Of a stretch of DNA of 62,468 nucleotides, positions 27,311 through 36,027 are shown piece after piece; the first letter of the stretch is position 1; every line of letters starts with the position of its first letter. The notes under the pieces are model-generated. The model was not told the origin of the DNA. It saw only the letters and a program-made list of their open reading frames with translations, and searched no databases. Source of the DNA: Chloroflexota bacterium. GTDB lineage: Bacteria > Chloroflexota > Dehalococcoidia > DSTF01 > RBG-16-68-14. Location of the stretch: positions 1 to 62,468 of the forward strand of contig JADFPV010000005.1 in the NCBI GenBank assembly GCA_022562155.1. The letters are read 5' to 3'. The translations under genes were made by a program, and so were the position numbers.

Positions 27311-28528
27311 TTACTTGTGCAGCCGAACAATGAATCGATCGTCCTCTTCGATGAGGTCGGGCTCACTACCGTTGTGTTCTTGCATGGAAGGGATCAGTTT
27401 GAATGGGATGCCCATTCCGCGTCCCTCCACGTAGCCGTAGTCGCGAAGGAGGTCCTTGAGAAGCTCATTACGAGCAGCTCGGAATCCAACTCTCATCTTA
27501 GGCACGGTGACGGTATTAGGCAGGTTTCCAGGGGAGACTACCTCGAGCCTGTTGCTGTATATAGAGAGCTCTACGTCAGTGACAGCGATCGTGTAGTCAC
27601 GGTGAACCACCGCGTTGACGATGACTTCACGGACCGCGTCCATCGGGTAACTGGGTCGGGTACGGCGTCGACCCTCCTCAACTCGGGCGCTACTGCCCAT
27701 GTTGCGGCGTGCAAACTCCAGGGCGCGATCTATGACACCGGGCTCTGACACTTCACCGTCTTCTGTTAGCGAAGGAACTAGAGGGCCGCGGATCGTCTCT
27801 TCGTCGACCGTGTCATAATCCTTGCCCTCTCCGCTATACGCCGTGGCAGTAATCCCTGTCTGCGGGAGGAACCGTCCTGGGTTGCGACCGAAGAGAATGA
27901 GGCCCGCAACCGTGGCGACGAAGTGACCTCTATCCTCCCGAAGGATGTCGATGTTGGAGAGTAAGCGCTCCCAAGCTGGTAAGTCGGTCGTCGCTGGGTG
28001 GTCTTGTCTGCGGAGAACGGCGAAATAATCAGTTAGTCGCCGAAGGTCGAGATCCTGGATGGTAGTGCCCGGGACGGGTCTGATTTCGTGCCTGACTACA
28101 CCGGACGCTTGGTATAGGCGCTGCTCCTCTTCACGTGTCACTTCACGACAGGTCGTACCTGTTCTAATGTATGGGGTCCAGGCTCTGCCCTGTCTAGCTT
28201 TGTAAGGCTTGTTGGGTGCATCCGCAGGGAGTGTAATCACTCCCACAACCTCGCCATCGATTTCGATCGTTTCCCAGTACGGTATGGTAGGAGGCTGAAG
28301 ACGGTCTCTACACACGTTCATCACCCATTCCTCCGCCTCAGGCAGAGGGCGGGTTAGACCGCTAAGCGTACCGTCGTCTTCGACCCCTAGAAGAATGTGG
28401 CCACCCTCGAAGTTGAGTAGACAGCTTACTAGTCTGGCAAGGCGTTCTGGCAGAATGTCATCTCGTTTGAAATCTACGCCGGAACTTTCGCCGTTGGTTA
28501 TCAGTTCGAGGAGTTCGGAGCGGAGCAT
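27311..28528 (-). CDS. Schlafen/AlbA_2 + HATPase_c_4 (RecG-C-like) protein
   Basis: GESSGVDFKR...NFEGGHILLGVEDDG; AVREVIVNAVVHRDY, RLEVVSPG, RN, EGRGMGI. Confidence 0.88.
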   Translation of the reverse strand: MLRSELLELITNGESSGVDFKRDDILPERLARLVSCLLNFEGGHILLGVEDDGTLSGLTRPLPEAEEWVMNVCRDRLQPPTIPYWETIEIDGEVVGVITLPADAPNKPYKARQGRAWTPYIRTGTTCREVTREEEQRLYQASGVVRHEIRPVPGTTIQDLDLRRLTDYFAVLRRQDHPATTDLPAWERLLSNIDILREDRGHFVATVAGLILFGRNPGRFLPQTGITATAYSGEGKDYDTVDEETIRGPLVPSLTEDGEVSEPGVIDRALEFARRNMGSSARVEEGRRRTRPSYPMDAVREVIVNAVVHRDYTIAVTDVELSIYSNRLEVVSPGNLPNTVTVPKMRVGFRAARNELLKDLLRDYGYVEGRGMGIPFKLIPSMQEHNGSEPDLIEEDDRFIVRLHK

Positions 28529-28530
28529 TG

Positions 28531-31206
28531 TCAGAAGTTGTACTTTCGACGGCGGGTCTCGAAGGCTTCTCGGCCACCTTCCAAGAGGTCTTCTACGATT
28601 TCCCTGATCGTGAGAACGTCGATCGAGCCGAGATGGCCGATAGGAACTTCAGCCCGACTCTCGGTCGCCTCTAGCGCAACTATCAACTCAGCATCGCCGA
28701 GAACTGGCACGTTGGCGTTGTGAGTCGCAAACAAGAACTGTCGACGACGCTTCTCGTCGCGCATTCTAGGAACCACCCCTTCGGTTATGAAACGATTGTC
28801 AAGGTCGTCCTCAGGCTGGTCGATGATCAATGGGCCCTCGGATTCGAGGAGAAGGAGAAGAAGCACAGCGGTCGCCTTCTGTCCTGTAGAGAGTTCATCT
28901 AACGGATGCCAGTCTGGGGCTGAGTCATCGTGAGCGGTGTTGAGCTCTGGGCTCGTTGTGTGAGGGAGCTCGAGTTCTTCGATTAGCATGCAGGCCTCGG
29001 CCGACGCCCCCGAAAGGCGTTCAGCCTGTGCCGGTGCTATTTTGTACTTGTCCACCAGCGTGGTTTGGCCCTGACGACACGCGTCGGCAAATTCGGATAA
29101 CGAAACGTCCTTCGCATCGCGCAGGATGCTCATAGCCTCGGATACCCGGCCGCCCACGTGCTCTCGGAGAAGACTAATCAGCGGCTCCCGGTCCTTTCCG
29201 AATTGAACATTGACCCGGACCCTGGGTACAAGTTGACTGGAGACTCTGTTCGCAGCCTTGTCGAGGCGTTGAAACTCCTCGCCCTTGAGGCTTTCCCAGT
29301 CGGCGACTAAGCCTCGTCGGCTCTCTTGGAGCTCGCGACGCTCGCGCGTGAATCTGTCCTCTGATTCGCGGAGAGGACGAAGTTCTTCTATCTGCGTGCG
29401 TAGCCTGACGTATTCTTCTCCGTCCACGTTGGCGGTCTGGAGTTCGCGAAGAACGGCTTCGTAGGCTTCCTGTGCCGCGGTCTTCCTGACAGTCCAGCGC
29501 GTACGTAGACTCTTTATTTCTGTCGTGGCACGTTCAAGTGCTTGTCGAATCAGACCAGATGCCTTACGGACGTCTTCCTCGAACGCGTCGAGTATATCCG
29601 TGGCTTCTGAAAGCAGATCTCGTGCTGGGAGGTCAGCAAGAGCCTTGTCGGATAGAAACGCGCTGTCAACGGGAGTCAGGGTCTCAAGGAGCTCTAGTGC
29701 TTCGGTAGACGGCTCAAGGCGTTCACTCAGAATCTTGAGAACACGCTCCTCGCGAATCAGCAGGTTTCGATCCTTGAGACGCTCCTCGACTCCAAGTTCG
29801 CGGAAACGCTCTAATATCTCTTCTAGGCCAGGAAGCGCGGCTAGTCGATCTACGATCTCAGCCTGCTCTCGGTCGATTAGTAGAATCCTGATTCTCGATT
29901 GCTCGAGGCGCATCTTGACATCAGCTTTGCGTCGATCGATTGCTGGGTCGTGGTCCAGAAACCGATGCAGGAGACGAGTCAATTTAGGCGGGCTCTTGGC
30001 AAGCTCTGACAGTTCGTGCTGCCCGTAAACTTCTAGACCTGGCAGAATGTCCTGCGGACGGAGAGGGAGGACGTTACCCTCCTCATCTCTGACGACCGGT
30101 GGGTTGGGTATGGAGCGCTCGATTAGGTAAGTCTTCTCCGACGGATGATAGGAGCGCACTGCCAACGAGATCTTAGTGCCGCTGCGCAGGACCTTCTGGA
30201 CAATGTCTTCGTGCAATTTGGTCGCTTCGTCGCCTAGCGGTTCGAGGCCGAGCGTCGCCCTCAGACTCTCGATGATCGTCGACTTACCTGTGCCACGACC
30301 ACCAATCAAAACATTGAGGTTCTCGTTGAAATGGATTGCACACTGATCGAGGAACCCTCCTTGCCAGGTAATCGAGAGCAACACGCTGTGGTCTTCCGTT
30401 TCTGGATCAGTTGACAAGCGAATGCGGGAGTCCGGATCGAGGAAGGCTAGCCGCAGTCCGTCGATCGAGACAGATGTCATCTTGATGTAGCAGGAGGTGC
30501 CGGGGTTATCGAAGTCTTCAGGGGATGAAACGTCAGATGCATTGATCACGGCAACGGGGTAGTCACGTTTGTACTGTGGATCCTTGCCGGCAAGGATTCC
30601 GCGGAACTGTTCAGGGGCCTCGGCAACAGGTCCAGGTAAGGAGACCGCCAAGAGGTTTTCATGACGCCAGGCATTGACACGCGGTTGTCCGCTCAGTTCC
30701 GCTAGGAGGCCGCTTTTACTCACAACGTGGGCGGCAATGCAGAGGCCGCCCCATTCCTTACACTTCTCGAGGAGTTCGGTAACGTCTAAGCTAGACGTTA
30801 CCGACCTGGGGGATTCATCGTATATTCCGCAGGCTCCAAGTACTCTCTCGAGGTCCAGCGGGACGTCTGGATCGAAAAGGCACAGGAAGTGGACGCCATC
30901 CTTAGTAGTCGCTTCAAAGCCGGGATACACGCGTAGCCCGGCGTCCTTGGCTGCCTCAGTGAGGCTAAGGGCTGTCTTGACTCGATGATGATCGGTAATA
31001 GCGATTACTTCTACGCTGTTTCGCTTGCACGCCTCGATTATCGCCTCGTTGTAGGTTCCCTCGTCAGTGAAGCTACTAGAGCGGCCGTGAGTGGCTAGGT
31101 AGTCGAATGGGTTCACCTGTAGGGCGCACTTGAAGAACCGTGCACCATTCGGCAATTGGAGAGCTTCTAGAGCGGAGTTGCTATTGGCCATCAGCGACCT
31201 TGTCAA
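28531..31206 (-). CDS. PHP domain + SMC/ABC-type ATPase (Ppl/TrlF-like anti-phage protein)
   Basis: AITDHH, GFE..GVHFLCLF, IAAHV; IGGRGTGKST, coiled coil, LSTGQK, LIIDQPEDDLDN, ATHNAN, LLEGGREAF. Confidence 0.88.
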   Translation of the reverse strand: MTRSLMANSNSALEALQLPNGARFFKCALQVNPFDYLATHGRSSSFTDEGTYNEAIIEACKRNSVEVIAITDHHRVKTALSLTEAAKDAGLRVYPGFEATTKDGVHFLCLFDPDVPLDLERVLGACGIYDESPRSVTSSLDVTELLEKCKEWGGLCIAAHVVSKSGLLAELSGQPRVNAWRHENLLAVSLPGPVAEAPEQFRGILAGKDPQYKRDYPVAVINASDVSSPEDFDNPGTSCYIKMTSVSIDGLRLAFLDPDSRIRLSTDPETEDHSVLLSITWQGGFLDQCAIHFNENLNVLIGGRGTGKSTIIESLRATLGLEPLGDEATKLHEDIVQKVLRSGTKISLAVRSYHPSEKTYLIERSIPNPPVVRDEEGNVLPLRPQDILPGLEVYGQHELSELAKSPPKLTRLLHRFLDHDPAIDRRKADVKMRLEQSRIRILLIDREQAEIVDRLAALPGLEEILERFRELGVEERLKDRNLLIREERVLKILSERLEPSTEALELLETLTPVDSAFLSDKALADLPARDLLSEATDILDAFEEDVRKASGLIRQALERATTEIKSLRTRWTVRKTAAQEAYEAVLRELQTANVDGEEYVRLRTQIEELRPLRESEDRFTRERRELQESRRGLVADWESLKGEEFQRLDKAANRVSSQLVPRVRVNVQFGKDREPLISLLREHVGGRVSEAMSILRDAKDVSLSEFADACRQGQTTLVDKYKIAPAQAERLSGASAEACMLIEELELPHTTSPELNTAHDDSAPDWHPLDELSTGQKATAVLLLLLLESEGPLIIDQPEDDLDNRFITEGVVPRMRDEKRRRQFLFATHNANVPVLGDAELIVALEATESRAEVPIGHLGSIDVLTIREIVEDLLEGGREAFETRRRKYNF

Positions 31207-31382
31207 TTCGTTAGCTAATCTACCATCACTATAGTGCGGGATCGTAGAGCATGCTAGCGGGAATTAGGGACAGATATGCTCTCTGCTTACTGGACGAAGG
31301 TTGGCTTGTCACCCATCCTTGCAGACCTCGTCTGGCCAAACGAATACGCAGGAGTCAACCAGGACAGGCCGTATAGGCCGCC

Positions 31383-32126
31383 TTACAGTCTGACGCCCTG
31401 GAACGCCGCCGGTCGGGGCTGGAGCGGCAGGCCCCGGTCAGCGCATGTCCGTTTTACGATGGCAACGAATAGAGCTCCACGCGACTTTCGAATCTTTCCT
31501 TCGTGTACGGCTCGCTTCACGAGACTGAGCGTCTCGAAGATGGTGTCTTTCGGGACGGTCGCTGCGAGGCGTCTGTAGTAGCTTTCGCTCTCGGTGTCCT
31601 GCAGGACCGAGAGCATCTCGTGTACCAGGCCTTCACGTTCGTCGTCCGACGGGGCCTGATGTTTCTTACTTGAAAACGTTACGTTCTGAACAACGTCATT
31701 TAGTCTTTCTTCTCTTTGTCTTTCTTCGGGTGACATTTTTGTCTTTCTGCGGGTGACATTATTGTCACCCCTGGCGAAGCGTTCCTCATAGCGGTGGGCC
31801 TCGTCGTCGCTCACGTCTTCGATGTAGAGCAAGTTGGTGTAGCCCGGTCGCTCCTCCTTGGTCAGGAGAGCAGTCTCTACGAGTTCCTCGATGTGCCGCT
31901 GGATGGTTCGGTCGGTTACAGAGCGTATGGATGCGAGCGTTTCCACGGAGGGGTACGCGAAGCCTTTGCGGAGCCCCTGGCCGTCCTGCCAGTCGAAGCT
32001 GTCGATGACTTGGTAGGTTACTTTCGCGCTGTCGGAAACATGGGAGTAGCCGAACAGTAGGACGTTCGACGTGATGACGAAGTGCTTCTTTAGCCGGTTC
32101 CTCCGGCGGAAGGTGACGTTGTCCAT
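31383..32126 (-). CDS. Helix-turn-helix replication initiator (phage/plasmid type)
   Basis: SDSAKVTY...AYPSVETLA...DRTIQRHIEELV...TNLLY (HTH_36-like), followed by a linker carrying DNA repeats. Confidence 0.75.
   Translation of the reverse strand: MDNVTFRRRNRLKKHFVITSNVLLFGYSHVSDSAKVTYQVIDSFDWQDGQGLRKGFAYPSVETLASIRSVTDRTIQRHIEELVETALLTKEERPGYTNLLYIEDVSDDEAHRYEERFARGDNNVTRRKTKMSPEERQREERLNDVVQNVTFSSKKHQAPSDDEREGLVHEMLSVLQDTESESYYRRLAATVPKDTIFETLSLVKRAVHEGKIRKSRGALFVAIVKRTCADRGLPLQPRPAAFQGVRL
31728..31770. repeat. Iteron-like repeats inside the rep gene (putative origin)
   Basis: GGGTGACATTTTTGTC (31728-31743) and palindromic GGGTGACATTATTGTCACCC (31751-31770), next to an AT-rich strand-skewed tract. 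Confidence 0.65.
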
Positions 32127-32191
32127 AGATAAACAAGCCCGCGCGGACGGTCGATAGCCTTCCGGCGGGCGCGAGCAGATATGTTGACTAC

Positions 32192-32220
32192 ACTATACAA
32201 TAAAAAGGCACAGCTGTCAA
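32192..32220 (-). promoter_or_regulatory. Sigma70-type promoter of the rep gene
   Basis: TTGACA-N17-TATAGT. Confidence 0.75.
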
Positions 32221-32232
32221 AACCAAATACGC

Positions 32233-34527
32233 TTAGGTGAGCGGCTCTAGGCATACGACCGGCTCCCGCGCAAGCATTTCGCGCAGCGGGCTTAGATCCG
32301 GCAGTCCTAGCGCAGCCGAAATCGCATCGTCCGCAGCCTTACGTACCGGGTCCAGATGCATTTCTGGGAACGGAAGCAGAGCCCCTTTACAGACGTTATC
32401 GTAAGCCTTCGCAAGCGCATCGCGCTGCTTTGGGGACAACGACACAACATCGAGAACAGGCATGTCCTCCAGCACGGGCTTCTTGAAGTCAATCCACGCT
32501 CCCCGCGTCTCCTCCCTATGCGCGAGCATAACCAAGAGGCCGAGTGTCGAGTTCCACCACAAGACGAGAGATTTTTCAGCGGCTGCGGAGTCGGCATGGA
32601 GAGATAGTGGCCACCAGACGTTTGACAGGACTTTTTGCTTCATTCGCACAGCAGCAGCGCGCTGTGTTTTAAGCCAAAGCCTCTCAGCCAAGAGAATCCG
32701 ACCAGCCCGCGGCCAGAGAACGGTGACCTTACGCAGCGGCCGACCTTCCTTCGCTTTCGCCAGAGGAGCCAAATAGCTATTTGGCTCTGCCGCCATCGTC
32801 GTGACAGCCGTTGCATCGTGTCCCCATAGCGCAGGATAGGTAGTCTTGCCGTTTGCTAGATTGAACCCGTCGTGAATATCGCGACGGTCAGGACCTAGGA
32901 CGCCGAGCCCCTTCAGAGGTACGAGCGGAACGTTTCCGACTGTGCCTTGGCCGGGCAGGGTCACAGTCCCGACCTCGAGTTGGCTGGCAGCGCGAACTAG
33001 TTCAGCTTGCGCGAACGCGCAGGGCGGCATCCACAGGTTTTCCTTCAGTGTCACCCAGTCAGCGCGGACGGCTTCGCCAAGTTTCCTGTCACCAACTCGT
33101 ATTTCAAGTGCACCTTGGCCGCCAGTTATGTCGGGAGCGGTGCCCTCGCTTAGTGCTTGCGCAATCGCCAGCGCTTCGAACGCCGTTGTCGGGTTCTTCC
33201 ACAGATTGACGCAGACCACTTTCGCGTCCGCCTCGCCATCGTCAACTTTTCGCCCTATGACCAGCACCTCACTGAGGCTGGTGTTATCCGAGAAGTTCCA
33301 CCGCTCGGGGTCGTGGCTGCATATCAGGTACTCTAGGCGATATCGTAGACCAAATAGCGCACGCGTCTTGCCCCAGGCTACGCCGCTGAGTAGTGCTTTG
33401 GGCAACACCAGGGCCATGCGGCCACCTTCCTTCAAGTACTTATCGCCAATGGCGACGAACACAGAGCCAAGCCCGGCTGTTGCGCTTGCCAAAACACCTG
33501 GAACTTTCAGCAGCCGCGAAAGTTCCTTTTGCATCGGAGCGCGCTCGGCGGCAGGCAACGAACCAAATAGCAGGTTCCCGCCTACACTACGAGTGAACGG
33601 GGGGTTCATCACGCAAAGATCGATGTCTGGGGCTGAAGCAGTCTGTCGCTGTACGTCGCCTGCCCCCGTCACTTGTTCGGTAGCTTCTGCAAGGCCGAAG
33701 AGATCAACACTGATTGCAACGTCGCGGTCTCGAAGAAATTCGATACTTCCCAATCTCTTATGCGTACCGCCGTGCGGCATGCTGTAAAGCCGCATACCGT
33801 GGAACGATACCTCGGGTGCCCTTATAGCGAGGGTTGATGCAGTTAGGTGCAGCGCTGACGGAAGCACATCATAGCCATATATGACGTCCTCAATTAAGAC
33901 TTGGTGCAGATCGCTCAACTTGGGTTCGTCACCGCTGCTTCCGCACTCTCGAACGTAGTTGTCGGCCAGGGCTTCTGCTGCCGCCATGAGCAACGTGCCC
34001 GTACCACAGGCGAAGTCGACAACGCGGAAATCGTCGCTCATCTCCTCCAGGTCTGACCAATCGACTGGCCACGACTCAGGATCAAGAGCAAGCTTCAATA
34101 GTAGAGTCGCTGCTGGCACAGAGGTGTAGTAAGTCCCCAGGTACTTCGCTTCTTCCAGCAGCTGGTGATAAATTCGACCCATCAAGTCATGGCGCAGAGC
34201 CGCGCGCTGTCCGACGATGTAGAGAGCGGCCTTCGCCAAGTCTCTCAGCGCTGCGTTAACATCCGGGCCAGATGAGAGGCCAAGTAGCACATTTCGCGCG
34301 ACACGGAAGATAGGGACGTAATTTATGTCGGTGAGAATAAACTGCCAGTGGTCGGCGAACGCCGTTATCACGTCGCCACCACGGAGCGTCTTTCTTACGG
34401 TCTGAACTTGTGAGTTGTGGATGGAGAGTATTTCTTGGAAGGCCATGGCGTTGACTACTGTCAGCCCCGCGATTCTCGCAACCGCGTGCTCTTGTCGCGC
34501 ACTAAGGTTCAAGCCGGACCTAGCCAC
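32233..34527 (-). CDS. N6-adenine DNA methyltransferase with C-terminal specificity region (Type IIG-like)
   Basis: LGTYYT, motif I DFACGTGTLL, motif IV VMNPPF; likely GTG start at 34527 overlapping the upstream stop. Confidence 0.9.
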   Translation of the reverse strand: MARSGLNLSARQEHAVARIAGLTVVNAMAFQEILSIHNSQVQTVRKTLRGGDVITAFADHWQFILTDINYVPIFRVARNVLLGLSSGPDVNAALRDLAKAALYIVGQRAALRHDLMGRIYHQLLEEAKYLGTYYTSVPAATLLLKLALDPESWPVDWSDLEEMSDDFRVVDFACGTGTLLMAAAEALADNYVRECGSSGDEPKLSDLHQVLIEDVIYGYDVLPSALHLTASTLAIRAPEVSFHGMRLYSMPHGGTHKRLGSIEFLRDRDVAISVDLFGLAEATEQVTGAGDVQRQTASAPDIDLCVMNPPFTRSVGGNLLFGSLPAAERAPMQKELSRLLKVPGVLASATAGLGSVFVAIGDKYLKEGGRMALVLPKALLSGVAWGKTRALFGLRYRLEYLICSHDPERWNFSDNTSLSEVLVIGRKVDDGEADAKVVCVNLWKNPTTAFEALAIAQALSEGTAPDITGGQGALEIRVGDRKLGEAVRADWVTLKENLWMPPCAFAQAELVRAASQLEVGTVTLPGQGTVGNVPLVPLKGLGVLGPDRRDIHDGFNLANGKTTYPALWGHDATAVTTMAAEPNSYLAPLAKAKEGRPLRKVTVLWPRAGRILLAERLWLKTQRAAAVRMKQKVLSNVWWPLSLHADSAAAEKSLVLWWNSTLGLLVMLAHREETRGAWIDFKKPVLEDMPVLDVVSLSPKQRDALAKAYDNVCKGALLPFPEMHLDPVRKAADDAISAALGLPDLSPLREMLAREPVVCLEPLT

Positions 34528-35137
34528 GGCGACGTCTCCGCTTCGGTGTCGCGTCCCCAGTAGTTTCTCCAGCCATGCCCAAAGCTTGGGCAGCACGTTC
34601 GACGCTACCCGGCTCGGGCAGAACTGCGCGGGCGAATCCTTCTACCGCCTGACTAAGCACCTCGACAGCACGGGCCACCACATCCTCTTCCACGAGTTGT
34701 TCATACGTACGCCGCAGTAGCTGGGAAAGGTGCTCCAAGTTGCCTTCCACCCAGCCCGTGTCACCGCTCTCGCTGAACACCGCGATTCGGAGAGGCGCTA
34801 CCTCAAGCCCCCTTTTCAGATCCTTGAATGGGGTCTTTCGCAACTCTTTAGGATATAGGAGCGCAACGGCGAGATGACTTACGCCTTCTTCCACGCGTTG
34901 AGCAGCATTCGCCCGAACCTCTTTTGCGGCACCTGGATGGTCGTCAACCTTTCCCTCCACTACTGTTCTGAGGCCATGGAAGGTCACAATCACATCCGGC
35001 ATCCGCCTCTGACGGGCTGTTGTCTGCAGGATTTGTTCAGGGGCCGAGGCGATGCCTCGCTCATGCAGTAGCTGAGCGAGCAACACGTTCAAGACTTCTT
35101 CACGGTGGGTCTCAGTAGCCACTATGGTGGCCCCCAT
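34520..35137 (-). CDS. Putative PD-(D/E)xK restriction endonuclease subunit
   Basis: EEVLNV...RRMPDVIV...VVEGK; overlaps the MTase start. Confidence 0.7.
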   Translation of the reverse strand: MGATIVATETHREEVLNVLLAQLLHERGIASAPEQILQTTARQRRMPDVIVTFHGLRTVVEGKVDDHPGAAKEVRANAAQRVEEGVSHLAVALLYPKELRKTPFKDLKRGLEVAPLRIAVFSESGDTGWVEGNLEHLSQLLRRTYEQLVEEDVVARAVEVLSQAVEGFARAVLPEPGSVERAAQALGMAGETTGDATPKRRRRRG

Positions 35138-35395
35138 TTCGCGCCCATCACCGCCGAGTGTACCACCAGCGCGTCTTAGCAGCCCTCTCGTCAGCTAGGG
35201 TGCGCGCGCGGCGTCATTTTGCGCGCCGCCGAAACGAGGAACGCCACACGTCGCATAATGCGCGATGAGCGACGCGGGCCGTCAGGTTGGCGTAGCCTGC
35301 ACACGGTAATGCCCATCAAACGTCACTTGGCCGATAGCCTGCCGAACTGCGGTCTATAGGCCCGAACCGGTGGCCGATAGTTGCGGCAGGGCGTT

Positions 35396-35870
35396 CGGCT
35401 ACTGGCACAGCCAGTAGCTTGGAATCCTTCGACAAGCTCAGGATGGAACGCGGGTAACGCCGTGGGCGCACGGCTACTGGCACAGCCAGTAGCTTGGAAT
35501 CCTTCGACAAGCTCAGGATGGCTACTGCAAAGGCAGTAGCTTGCGCGTTCTTCTGGCCGGCCCTGCGGGGCGGGCGCATGGCCATGCGCCCCTACATCGC
35601 GGCGGCGGTAGCTTGCGCGTTCTTCTGGCTGGCCCTGCGGGGCGGGCGCACGACGAATGCCAGAGGCAGTAGCTTGGAATCCTTCGACAAGCTCAGGATG
35701 GCTACCGCCGTAGGGCGGTAGCTTGGAAGAAGCTTCGCTTCTTCTGGATACAGGAGCGATTCGGGACGAGGGGCCGTACCCCTCGGGGGCGGGCGCATGG
35801 CGACTGCTGTGATGCAGTCGCTTGGAAAGAATGGCTACTGCCTTTGGCAGTAGCTGCGCTTCTTCTGGCC
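35396..35870. repeat. REP-like palindromic mosaic array, right copy
   Basis: 51-bp exact direct repeat (35396-35446, 35471-35521); three TCCTTCGACAAGCTCAGGATG units; about 8 GTAGCTTG-like heads; GTAG-type REP palindrome. Confidence 0.9.
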
Positions 35871-36027
35871 GGGCCGGTAGTGGCGGCGGGGCCGCAGGCC
35901 CCGAACGGCCCGGCAGCGGGCCACGGCACAACGCCCGAGCGGCACGGCGCAGGTCCTCGGGCGCGTCAAGAGGCGCCCCTACACCAGCCCCAAGGGGTGG
36001 GGGGTGCCGGGTTGCACACGGGCGAGG

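Larger units (their letters stand above)
26991..35300. mobile_element. Defence island / degenerate integrative element (right boundary approximate)
   Basis: tRNA att remnant at the left end, replication initiator, RM and PHP-ATPase cargo, visibly lower GC than flanks; no integrase seen. Confidence 0.7.

Noticed and set aside
27068-35300. Integrase or transposase for the island
   Set aside because: No tyrosine, serine, DDE or HUH recombinase motifs were found in any ORF of the window.
35396-35870. CRISPR array
   Set aside because: Spacing is irregular, the intervening segments are themselves repeated, and there are no cas genes in the window.
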